A model generated the notes under the pieces. It ran no database searches. It was not told the origin of the DNA and saw only the letters and a list, made by a program, of their open reading frames with translations. A stretch of 57,625 bases of DNA from NCBI GenBank assembly GCA_049967535.1, contig JBMFSN010000001.1:1-57625 (forward strand), in the 5' to 3' direction. The DNA is from Minisyncoccia bacterium (lineage in GTDB: Bacteria; Patescibacteriota; Minisyncoccia; UBA6257). Both the position numbers and the translations under genes were made by a program. Positions 17,931 through 25,795 of this stretch are shown here, piece after piece. The stretch's first letter is position 1, and every line of letters starts with the position of its first letter.

Positions 17931-18428
17931 CTACTCTTTAACTTGCTGTTTAGACGCCAATTTTTTATAAATTCTCATTGGCAAGGACCTTATCAGCAAT
18001 TCCCTTAATGAATACACTAGCTTCCAAAAACTATTTGGAAGTTTGATTTCGATGTATTCGATATCAAAATCCAATTTATTATCAAGCACAAGTTTCAAAT
18101 CACGTTTTATTCGAGGAATATGAATATCAGAAGCTATAATTCTAATATGCCGCAAATTGTCTAACATAGAAATATAGCCCTTGATCTCTTGCAAATAATC
18201 CAGTGTCATTTCATTTTTGGTCAGAACAACTAAATTAGAGCGAGGAGCACTTTCAATTATAGTATTGGGAGATACAAATAAGATAGCTTCTTGATCAGTA
18301 AAAGTCATCCAAAATTGTTTATTCGGAACCAAAAGACCATGTTGATTGTAAGGAAAATAGATAATGGCCTTTTGAACCCCAACGAATTTCGCCAACTTAA
18401 TTACATCGTCTTGACTTTCTTGTCTCAT
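17931..18428 (-). CDS. Hypothetical protein, weakly DUF218/YdcF-like
   Basis: 165 aa with a strong RBS (aaggaggtgagttag). IIASDIHIPRIKRDL resembles the DUF218 xTSxxHxxRA motif. The assignment is tentative. Confidence 0.45.
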   Translation of the reverse strand: MRQESQDDVIKLAKFVGVQKAIIYFPYNQHGLLVPNKQFWMTFTDQEAILFVSPNTIIESAPRSNLVVLTKNEMTLDYLQEIKGYISMLDNLRHIRIIASDIHIPRIKRDLKLVLDNKLDFDIEYIEIKLPNSFWKLVYSLRELLIRSLPMRIYKKLASKQQVKE

Positions 18429-18542
18429 CTAACTCACCTCCTTGCCTTTTGGCAGAATTTCTTTATATCTTTAAATTAAAACTCGATGTTTCTAATCGTT
18501 TATTTAGTTTTCAAAATACAACACTACACTTGACTATATTTT

Positions 18543-18571
18543 ATAATACCATACTTTATTTTATGTGTCAA
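18543..18571 (-). promoter_or_regulatory. Candidate promoter for 17931..18428
   Basis: On the minus strand: TTGACA (18571..18566), 17 nt, TATTAT (18548..18543). This leaves a leader of about 110 nt. Confidence 0.45.
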
Positions 18572-18586
18572 TAGAACTTAATGTAA

Positions 18587-18614
18587 ATAAAAAGGTAGGG
18601 ACTATCCCCTACCT
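18587..18614 (-). terminator. Rho-independent terminator of the four-gene orphan operon
   Basis: Minus strand: AGGTAGGG-gatagt-CCCTACCT followed by TTTTTATTT. The stem overlaps the TAG stop of the 261-aa ORF. Confidence 0.7.
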
Positions 18615-19394
18615 TATAAGATTTATTATTCCATTTTGGATCTTTATAGTTTTTTCACCAATATGAGCTGTTAGAGTGTTTGGATATAACGATAACAATT
18701 TTTCTAATCCTTGCCATAATAATTTTTTCGCTTGTTCAAGATTTTGTTTTTTAACTAAATCATAAATTTCATACTGAAGTTTTCGATAGATGACTAACTT
18801 AGTTTTTTCTTGATAAGGATTTACATATACCGTACCAAGTTTTTTAAAAACATCAAAATATTCGCTCCATTTGATATTTGAGGTATCTTTTTTCTCTAGT
18901 ACATTTATCATTTCTATTATTGCCAAAATTACATTTCGTATTATTAAATTGCAGCGCTCTTTTTCCTGAACCAATTTTTCCGCCCTATGTAATACTTTCT
19001 TTACGATAGATAAATCTCTTTTCTCTTGTTCCGTTAAAGCAAATTTTACCGCCTCTAAATTATTTTTTAGATTTGAAATAGATATTTCTAAATCGCTATT
19101 CTCAAGAATTGCATTAGCTTTAAGCAATGAATTAACCTTATCAACAGTATCCTCTACTTGATAAATTTTCCCTTTATGTTCTACTTTCTTTGGCCATCTA
19201 ATAATCAGATCTTCATAATGAAATGTCACATGAAGGAGTTGCTGCCTAATAGCAGCATCAATATCTTTCACAGACCAAGTTTTTTCTCTTCCAATAATTA
19301 CCACCTCGCCTTTACTATTCACTTTCAATTTTGCAGTATGAAGAGATCTTCCATAAGGAATAGTCTGGACGAATGTTTCTATATTACTTTTCAT
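18609..19394 (-). CDS. Hypothetical protein (261 aa), last gene of the orphan operon
   Basis: Strong RBS (gaaggaggtgaaagaaa). Beta-rich N-terminal third, then long helical or coiled-coil regions. No family recognised. Confidence 0.6.
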   Translation of the reverse strand: MKSNIETFVQTIPYGRSLHTAKLKVNSKGEVVIIGREKTWSVKDIDAAIRQQLLHVTFHYEDLIIRWPKKVEHKGKIYQVEDTVDKVNSLLKANAILENSDLEISISNLKNNLEAVKFALTEQEKRDLSIVKKVLHRAEKLVQEKERCNLIIRNVILAIIEMINVLEKKDTSNIKWSEYFDVFKKLGTVYVNPYQEKTKLVIYRKLQYEIYDLVKKQNLEQAKKLLWQGLEKLLSLYPNTLTAHIGEKTIKIQNGIINLIR

Positions 19395-19611
19395 TTTCTT
19401 TCACCTCCTTCTTTTTTCTCTTCTGATCTAAAACTTCAACTTCCATGTTTACATAGTTTATTTTAGGATCAAAATGGAATTCTTTATTAAACCTCTTAGC
19501 AATAATCAATCCAGCTTGTTGTTCCGAGTATGCCCAGACAAAATACTCTTTTATTTTATCTGAAAAATTCAACACCTGAACTTTAAAAAGTTTCTTTCTC
19601 ATCTCAATCAT
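19384..19611 (-). CDS. Hypothetical small protein (75 aa, or 72 aa from ATG 19602)
   Basis: Overlaps the downstream ORF by 11 nt. The AGGAGG spacing fits the second ATG (19602) better. No family recognised. Confidence 0.55.
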   Translation of the reverse strand: MIEMRKKLFKVQVLNFSDKIKEYFVWAYSEQQAGLIIAKRFNKEFHFDPKINYVNMEVEVLDQKRKKKEVKENEK

Positions 19612-19807
19612 CTCCTCCTAAACCCAATAAAAGCATTTCCGCCAATTCTCTAAAAACTCGTCTGGTTTTAGCATCAAGTTGACCTTGTTTAGGCGTTGGA
19701 GTAATTTTTATTTTTCCTGTTTCCGTTCTTCTGTATCCCCTGGTAACACCTTTTCGAACAAGAACTACTTGATTTGTCACTTCGTTTGTTTTTTTATTTT
19801 CTTTCAT
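19604..19807 (-). CDS. Hypothetical small basic protein (67 aa), paralog of 19804..20022
   Basis: RBS agaggaggcgtaaa and an ATGA overlap with the upstream ORF. Its C-terminal KTRRVFRELAEMLLLG resembles KTKRAWLKVARLVLLG of the neighbour. Confidence 0.55.
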   Translation of the reverse strand: MKENKKTNEVTNQVVLVRKGVTRGYRRTETGKIKITPTPKQGQLDAKTRRVFRELAEMLLLGLGGDD

Positions 19808-20022
19808 TTTACGCCTCCTCTAGGTGTATAATTTGGTCCTAAAAGAACCAATCTAGCAACTTTTAACCAAGCTCGTTTCGTCTTCTGAGCCAGATTCTGA
19901 GCATAAATGATCTTAACTGTCTTACCTTTAATAGTAAAGATCGCTCGGGTATTCCCTTCTTTCATCTCTAAAGTATGCCATTGAGGCACCTTTAGAATCG
20001 TCTTTCCTACTGCTTTTTCCAT
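19804..20022 (-). CDS. Hypothetical small basic protein (72 aa), first gene of the orphan operon
   Basis: RBS aaaaggaggttaaa, 72 aa. No family recognised. Confidence 0.55.
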   Translation of the reverse strand: MEKAVGKTILKVPQWHTLEMKEGNTRAIFTIKGKTVKIIYAQNLAQKTKRAWLKVARLVLLGPNYTPRGGVK

Positions 20023-20266
20023 TTTAACCTCCTTTTATTTCTAGATTTTATATATAAAAACTATCAAATTTTCAGTTTTCAAATTACAAATTAGAACAAA
20101 TAATAGATATGAGAATTCCCATATCTACTTAAATTATCGCATATTTTCAATCATTTGTCAAATTAGTTAGAGTTACATAATCTTTGGTTGTAAATAAAGC
20201 CAATTCATGGTAAATTATTATATATTATTCGTATAATTCGTATCCATTCATATATTTGCATCGATT

Positions 20267-21448
20267 ATGAGAATCTCCTACTCCAGTTTAGAAAACTTTA
20301 AAAATTGCCCCCTAAAATATAAATTTTCAGAAATTGATAAAATCAAAGAGCCTAAAACCAAAGAGGCTATTTTTGGTAATTATATTCATCAAATATTAAA
20401 ATGGTTTTATCAGCAAGACCCTCACTTCCCTACCCTCGACGGACTACGGGAATATTATTATAATCACTGGCCAAAGAAAGAAGACAATTTTTCTTGGCAA
20501 AATGAGCAAGAAGAAAAAGATTATTTCCAAGAAGGTTTAAGAATGCTAGAAGAATTTTATAAAAAAAATATGCCCCCGAAAACTATGATTATGGATTTAG
20601 AAACAAGATTTGAGGCAGTAATTGACGAAACTCCCAATGAACCGGGTGGAAAACATATTCTGACTGGAGTAATTGATAGAATTGATAAACTACCAGATGA
20701 AACTATAGAAATTATTGATTATAAAACTGGAAAACGTATGCCTTCCCAAAACGATGTAGATACTAATCTACAACTTTCTATCTATGCCTTAGGCCTTCAA
20801 AGAAAATGGCCAAAAATTAAATTAGAGGATCTTCGTTTGAGTCTTTATTTCTTAAAATTTGGCGAAAAAATAGAAACCAAAAAAACTCAAGAAGATATCA
20901 ATCAAACCCAAACTAAATTGATTGATTTAATCCATCAAATTCAAAATAGTTCCTTCGAACCAAAAGCTTCACCTCTTTGCAATTGGTGTGGTTATAAGCC
21001 AATTTGTCCCCTTTGGCGCCATCTTTATGAAAAAAACCTTGATAAACAATTTCAGGGTATTAATATCGAAGAGAAAATTGACGAATATTTTACCCTGCGC
21101 CAAAATAAAGAGCAAATTGAAGCTAAACTTAAAGAATTGAAAGACTTAATTGAAGCCTATAGTCAGCAAAACGGATTAAAAAGAGTTTATGGCAATAATG
21201 GCTATTTTAATCAAGAAGTATCTCATAAAATTTCTTATAATAAAACGCAATTAAAAGCCATCTTAGAACCTTTAGGGAAATGGGACGAAATTTTAGCTAT
21301 TGATCCTCAAAAATTAGAAAAAATATTAAAAGAAATTCCGCCAGAAGCGAGAGAAAAAATTGAACAAGCCAAAAAAATAGTGAAAAAATATGAATATTTA
21401 GAGGCTAATGATAAAAAGAAAAAAGAAATTGAAGAAGAAATGCATTAA
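20267..21448 (+). CDS. PD-(D/E)XK nuclease, Cas4/RecB/AddB-like with Cys cluster, plus C-terminal coiled-coil extension
   Basis: N-terminal Cys (ENFKNCPLKYKF), GVIDRIDKL...IEIIDYKTGK (D...D/E-x-K core), QLSIYAL, and C-terminal CNWCGYKPIC (4-Cys Fe-S pattern). About 140 extra K/E-rich residues follow. Confidence 0.8.
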   Translation: MRISYSSLENFKNCPLKYKFSEIDKIKEPKTKEAIFGNYIHQILKWFYQQDPHFPTLDGLREYYYNHWPKKEDNFSWQNEQEEKDYFQEGLRMLEEFYKKNMPPKTMIMDLETRFEAVIDETPNEPGGKHILTGVIDRIDKLPDETIEIIDYKTGKRMPSQNDVDTNLQLSIYALGLQRKWPKIKLEDLRLSLYFLKFGEKIETKKTQEDINQTQTKLIDLIHQIQNSSFEPKASPLCNWCGYKPICPLWRHLYEKNLDKQFQGINIEEKIDEYFTLRQNKEQIEAKLKELKDLIEAYSQQNGLKRVYGNNGYFNQEVSHKISYNKTQLKAILEPLGKWDEILAIDPQKLEKILKEIPPEAREKIEQAKKIVKKYEYLEANDKKKKEIEEEMH

Positions 21449-21570
21449 GAGCAATTATCAATTTACAATTTACAATTTACAATCAATGTCACAATTTTAC
21501 AATTTTTAAACATTAGAAATTGAGTCATTGAAAATTTATTGAAAATTGAGAATTAAAAATTAGAAATTCC
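21449..21570 (-). repeat. Long composite intergenic repeat (reverse orientation) between convergent genes
   Basis: The reverse complement reads ...caattttcaataaattttcaatgactcaatttctaatgtttaaaaattgtaaaattgt...attgtaaattgtaaattgtaaattg, the same architecture as 12639..12773. Confidence 0.8.
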
Positions 21571-21951
21571 TCAATCGCATTTATGATTGAGAATATATCC
21601 CTTACTTTCAGCTTCTTCTTTTGTCGAAAAGTAAATTTTATTTTTCTCACTAAGATTATCTACCAAAGGGCAATCAATGGGATAGTAATATTTTCCCTTC
21701 GAGCTAGCTACATAGAGATTAGAGAGGTTAGAAGAAGAACTAGCCATTGAAGAAGAAATATTAGAAGTTTCTTCTAAATTAGCAATTAATTCTTTGTCAA
21801 TTATTATTGGCGGTCTATTAATAATTTTGCCTCCCATAATAAATCCTAAACTAAATACAAAAATTATCAGGAGTATTTCTCCTAAAATCCAAAACCATCC
21901 TTTTTTGACAAAAAAGAAGATTCTTGGTAAGATATTTTGGTGGGGATTCAT
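21571..21951 (-). CDS. Membrane-anchored protein with C-terminal Ada-like/Cys-containing small domain
   Basis: N-terminal TM (WFWILGEILLIIFVFSLGFIMGG), Ser-rich linker, then KYYYPIDCPLVDNLSEKNKIYFSTKEEAESKGYILNHKC. The domain assignment is tentative. Confidence 0.5.
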   Translation of the reverse strand: MNPHQNILPRIFFFVKKGWFWILGEILLIIFVFSLGFIMGGKIINRPPIIIDKELIANLEETSNISSSMASSSSNLSNLYVASSKGKYYYPIDCPLVDNLSEKNKIYFSTKEEAESKGYILNHKCD

Positions 21952-21984
21952 ATAAAATGAAATTTAAATTTTAAATTTTTAAAC

Positions 21985-22272
21985 ATGGCACATACCAAAG
22001 CAGGAGGTTCAACGAAATTAGGACGAGATTCCGCTTCTAAATATTTAGGAGTTAAAAGGTTTGATCACCAAGTTGTGAAAGCTGGTGAAGTTTTGGTTAG
22101 ACAGCGCGGTTCTAAATGGTACCCAGGACTTAATACCAAAAAAGGAGCTGATGATACTATTTATGCTTTAAAAAATGGATTAATAAGATTTTCTACTGCT
22201 CAAAAAACAGATTATACTGGCCATAAAAAAAAGATTTCCAAAATTAATGTTATTCCAAAGCCACTACCCTAA
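21985..22272 (+). CDS. rpmA: 50S ribosomal protein L27
   Basis: [50 protein letters not shown]. Confidence 0.95.
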   Translation: MAHTKAGGSTKLGRDSASKYLGVKRFDHQVVKAGEVLVRQRGSKWYPGLNTKKGADDTIYALKNGLIRFSTAQKTDYTGHKKKISKINVIPKPLP

Positions 22273-22699
22273 TTTTCAAAGTAGCCTCAACTTGAAAAGG
22301 TAATTGTATTTTTATCTCGTAAAGCCCCTCAAGTTTAAGAGGCCTTTCTAATACAATTTGTTCGGGTTTTAATTCTAAACCTCTATTTTTTAATTCCTCA
22401 ACAATTTTATTTTTATTAACAGAGTCAAAAGCTTCTTTACCTTTTTCACTAAATTTCAAGGGAATCTCTAGAATGGTTTTCTCTATCTCTTTCGCTATTT
22501 CTTGGGATTGAATTTTCACTTTATTTTCTTTTTCTTGTTTTTGTTCTTGTTCTTTAGAAACTTGTTGGATCACTTCTTTAGTTGCTTGCTTGGCTAATTG
22601 ATTGGGAAATAAATAATTTCTTGCATAACCAAGTGAGACTTCTTTTAAAGAGCCTTTTTGCCCTAAACCAAGAACATCTTTTAGAAGATATACTTTCAT
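22250..22699 (-). CDS. rplI: 50S ribosomal protein L9
   Basis: [37 protein letters not shown]-domain, K/E linker and C-domain. Confidence 0.9.
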   Translation of the reverse strand: MKVYLLKDVLGLGQKGSLKEVSLGYARNYLFPNQLAKQATKEVIQQVSKEQEQKQEKENKVKIQSQEIAKEIEKTILEIPLKFSEKGKEAFDSVNKNKIVEELKNRGLELKPEQIVLERPLKLEGLYEIKIQLPFQVEATLKIRVVALE

Positions 22700-22707
22700 A
22701 AAAATAT

Positions 22708-23958
22708 TTAATTAGTTTTTTGTAATATATTATTAATAGCACCGAGAGCCGCTTGAAGCTGAGTATCTTTTTCTAAATCGATTTTAGAATAAGAACCTAT
22801 TTCAGCAGCATTTTTTACTTCTTTATCTGGCGTTAAGCCATTGTTCTGGATAATGGTTCCGTGAGGTGTTAGCCATTTAGCAATAGTAATTTTAACACTA
22901 TCCTTATTAATGATAGGTACTAATTCTTGAACTGAACCCTTGCCAAATGTTTTGGCTCCAATTAATTCTATCCCCCTCTCATCTCTTAAGGCTCCAGCTA
23001 AAATTTCCGCTGCCGAAGCAGTTCCTTCATTGACCAAGACTACCGTAGGAATATCTTTTAATAAACCATTACCTGTAGCTCGATAAATAGTAACATTATC
23101 ATTACCAAAGTCTTCTTTTAAAACAATAGCTCCTTTAGGAAGTAACCAACCGCTAATATTAACTACTGAATCTAAATAACCACCAGGATTATTTCTTAAA
23201 TCTATAATCAGACCTTTAGGATTAGCTTGTAAAATTTCTAAAGCGGCTTGAGTAAAGTTTAGCTCTAGGGGTTGATCAAAACTATAAATCCTTAAATAGG
23301 CAATGTTATTATTGAGCATTTGCCATTGCAAAGAAGGAACAGTAATTTTTTCTCTAGTTAATTTTACTTCCTTGGCTTCATTCCAAGAGGGACGATAAAT
23401 TGTCAATGTCACTGTTGTTCCTTGAGGTCCTCGAATTAAATTAGCCGCCTCCTGACTGGAAATATTACTTGTTTCTTGATTATTAATTTTTAAAATAATA
23501 TCATTGGGCTGAAGACCGGCTTTTTCCGCTGGAGTATTAGGCAAAGGAGAAACAACCACAATCGCATTATCTTTTCTGCTAATCTCCATCCCTACTCCAA
23601 AAAATTCTCCTGTTAATTCTTGGGACAAGGCATTAGTTTCGTCGGCATTTAAAAATTCCGAAAAGGGATCTCCTAAGGAATCAACTAATCCCTTAGTAGC
23701 TCCTTCTATCATTTGATTAGTATTCAAGTCTTGGCGATTAACATATTTTTGAAGAATAACTTTCCAGGTATCCCAAAAAATACTCATATCACCGCTAGGT
23801 AATTCAGCTGGCTTTTCTCGATTGATAATTTTATTAAAAGGTGAAGGTAAATGAGCATTCCAACCCCACTCTGTTCCTATAAAAAAACCTACTACCCAAA
23901 CGCCACTAATAATTAAAACAGCGGCAACAATAGCAATAATTTGTTTTATTTTTTTCAT
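22708..23958 (-). CDS. Carboxy-terminal processing peptidase (S41 family) with PDZ domain
   Basis: N-terminal TM, PDZ ([19 protein letters not shown]), [10 protein letters not shown], and [18 protein letters not shown] (catalytic Ser context). Confidence 0.85.
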   Translation of the reverse strand: MKKIKQIIAIVAAVLIISGVWVVGFFIGTEWGWNAHLPSPFNKIINREKPAELPSGDMSIFWDTWKVILQKYVNRQDLNTNQMIEGATKGLVDSLGDPFSEFLNADETNALSQELTGEFFGVGMEISRKDNAIVVVSPLPNTPAEKAGLQPNDIILKINNQETSNISSQEAANLIRGPQGTTVTLTIYRPSWNEAKEVKLTREKITVPSLQWQMLNNNIAYLRIYSFDQPLELNFTQAALEILQANPKGLIIDLRNNPGGYLDSVVNISGWLLPKGAIVLKEDFGNDNVTIYRATGNGLLKDIPTVVLVNEGTASAAEILAGALRDERGIELIGAKTFGKGSVQELVPIINKDSVKITIAKWLTPHGTIIQNNGLTPDKEVKNAAEIGSYSKIDLEKDTQLQAALGAINNILQKTN

Positions 23959-24076
23959 AATAATAAATTGCTCAGATTTATAGTATTATATCACCTTTTA
24001 TAAAAGATATCAAAGATTTATTAATTTTCTCTCCTTTACTAAGACTTAAAAAATTGTTAAAATACAATAGTTTATT

Positions 24077-24637
24077 ATGTCTTTTCATAGGGTATTTTTA
24101 GCTATTAAACTACCAGAACCATTCATTGCCTCCCTTGCTCAATATCAAGCAAGCTTAGATTCTTCTCTTTTTAAAATAGAAAAACCAGAGCAGCTGCACC
24201 TTACTTTAATTTTTTTAGGTTCTCTTCAAGACAAAGATATTGATTTGGTTCAAAACATTGTTTCTAATCTTACAAAAGATTTGAAACCTCTTAAAGTAAA
24301 ATTTACTAATATTACTTACGGTCCCAATACTTATAATCCACGTTTAATCTGGGCGCAAGGAGAACCAAATAAATTCCTAGAAACATTAAAACGAGATATT
24401 GAAGCAGATTTAGAAAATAAAATTAATTTTAGTCCAGAAAACCGTCCCTTGCTTCCTCATATTACTTTAGCGAGAGTCAAAACAAATAATTATCATTATC
24501 TTCCGCCTCAGTCTAAAATTAATACTTCTTTGTTTTTTGAGTTTATTCCGCAAAGCTTATGGTTAGTAGAAAGTCAATTAAAAACCACGGGAGCCGAGTA
24601 TACTGATTTAAAAGAATTTTATTTCAAAAAGAATTAA
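24077..24637 (+). CDS. thpR: RNA 2',3'-cyclic phosphodiesterase (2H family, ThpR/LigT-like)
   Basis: Two H-x-T-x motifs: HLTLIFLG and HITLARV. Confidence 0.8.
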   Translation: MSFHRVFLAIKLPEPFIASLAQYQASLDSSLFKIEKPEQLHLTLIFLGSLQDKDIDLVQNIVSNLTKDLKPLKVKFTNITYGPNTYNPRLIWAQGEPNKFLETLKRDIEADLENKINFSPENRPLLPHITLARVKTNNYHYLPPQSKINTSLFFEFIPQSLWLVESQLKTTGAEYTDLKEFYFKKN

Positions 24638-24638
24638 T

Positions 24639-25313
24639 ATGAGTGAAACTAATAAAAAAATAGCCCTCATTTTAAAAGATATCAGCCGCTTACTTGATAT
24701 TAATGGCATTAGATTTAAGCCCCAAGCATATCTTCGAGCCTCTCTTTTTATTGAAACAATGCCTCAAGATTTAAAAATTATTTATTTAAAAGATGGAGTA
24801 AAGGGTTTAGAAAAATTACCTCGAGTTGGAAAAAGTATTGCCCTTAAAATTGAAGAATATTTAAAATATGGCAAAATAAAATATTATGAGGAATTAAAAG
24901 AAAAAACAGCTATCAGAGACATTATTACTTTTTATTTTCAAACTAAAGGCATTAGTTTAGAACAATTAAAAAAGGAAAGTAGAAAACAAAAAATTATTTA
25001 CTCCAGATTTACTAAACCCGCCAAAGAACTTCTCGAACTCTCTGGTTCTCTCGATAAAGCTAAAGAAGCTATAAAAAAGGTAGCAGAATGGGCTAATTCT
25101 AGAAACTTAGATTATGCTATTGAAACAGTTTTTAAAAAATGGCTTGAATTAGACCGGCTTAAACCAAAAGAAATAGTGAAAAAACCTTTTTATCGTGGGC
25201 TGCCAATGGCTTGGTCAGAAGCAAGAAAAAAATGGTATGTTATTGATGAATCAGGCGAATGGCTTGAGTTTGTAGGCAAAAAAGAAGATATCGAGTGGCG
25301 AATAATTAAATAA
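24639..25313 (+). CDS. PolX N-terminal (8-kDa/HhH) domain protein lacking a polymerase domain
   Basis: NKKIALILKDISRLLDINGIRFKPQAYLRASLFIE...LEKLPRVGKSIALKIEEYLKYGKIKYYEEL follows the Pol beta/PolX lyase-HhH pattern. The C-terminal 130 aa are unrecognised. Confidence 0.55.
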   Translation: MSETNKKIALILKDISRLLDINGIRFKPQAYLRASLFIETMPQDLKIIYLKDGVKGLEKLPRVGKSIALKIEEYLKYGKIKYYEELKEKTAIRDIITFYFQTKGISLEQLKKESRKQKIIYSRFTKPAKELLELSGSLDKAKEAIKKVAEWANSRNLDYAIETVFKKWLELDRLKPKEIVKKPFYRGLPMAWSEARKKWYVIDESGEWLEFVGKKEDIEWRIIK

Positions 25314-25324
25314 ACAGGAAAAAC

Positions 25325-25795
25325 ATGGAAATTATTACAGGAGAAAACAATCCTCTTTTAAGGAAAAAAAGCCAACCCGTAGAGCATCTGACTAAAGAAA
25401 TAAGACTTTTAATTAGCCAGATGAAACCCATCATGGAAACTTATGATGGAATAGGTTTAGCTGCTCCCCAGGTGGGGATTTCTTTAAGAATTATAGTTTG
25501 TGAAGTAGAAGATAAATTCTACGCCCTTATTAATCCTGAAATTATTAAAACTTCTAAAAAAACTGTTACCATGACAGAGGGTTGTTTAAGTTTACCGAAT
25601 ATTTATGGTGATGTAGAGAGACCAGAGAGAATTATTGTCAAAGCCATAAATCAAGAAGGAGAAAAAATAAAATTCAAGGCTTTTGGTTTATTGTCTCGAG
25701 TAATTCAACACGAAGTTGATCATTTAGATGGTATTTTATTCATTGATAAAGCAAAAAATATTATTAAGACCACGGAAGAAAAAAATCTATTATAA
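25325..25795 (+). CDS. def: Peptide deformylase
   Basis: GIGLAAPQVG, EGCLS and HEVDHLDG motifs. Confidence 0.92.
   Translation: MEIITGENNPLLRKKSQPVEHLTKEIRLLISQMKPIMETYDGIGLAAPQVGISLRIIVCEVEDKFYALINPEIIKTSKKTVTMTEGCLSLPNIYGDVERPERIIVKAINQEGEKIKFKAFGLLSRVIQHEVDHLDGILFIDKAKNIIKTTEEKNLL

Noticed and set aside
19158-19466. Plus-strand 102-aa ORF opposite the orphan operon
   Set aside because: It lies antisense to two minus-strand ORFs that have strong RBSs and coupled stops/starts. It has no RBS and a hydrophobic, low-complexity translation.
15864-21448. The region as an intact prophage or conjugative element
   Set aside because: There are no capsid, terminase, tail, replication or conjugation genes and no detectable flanking direct repeats. 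At most it is a small island or remnant.
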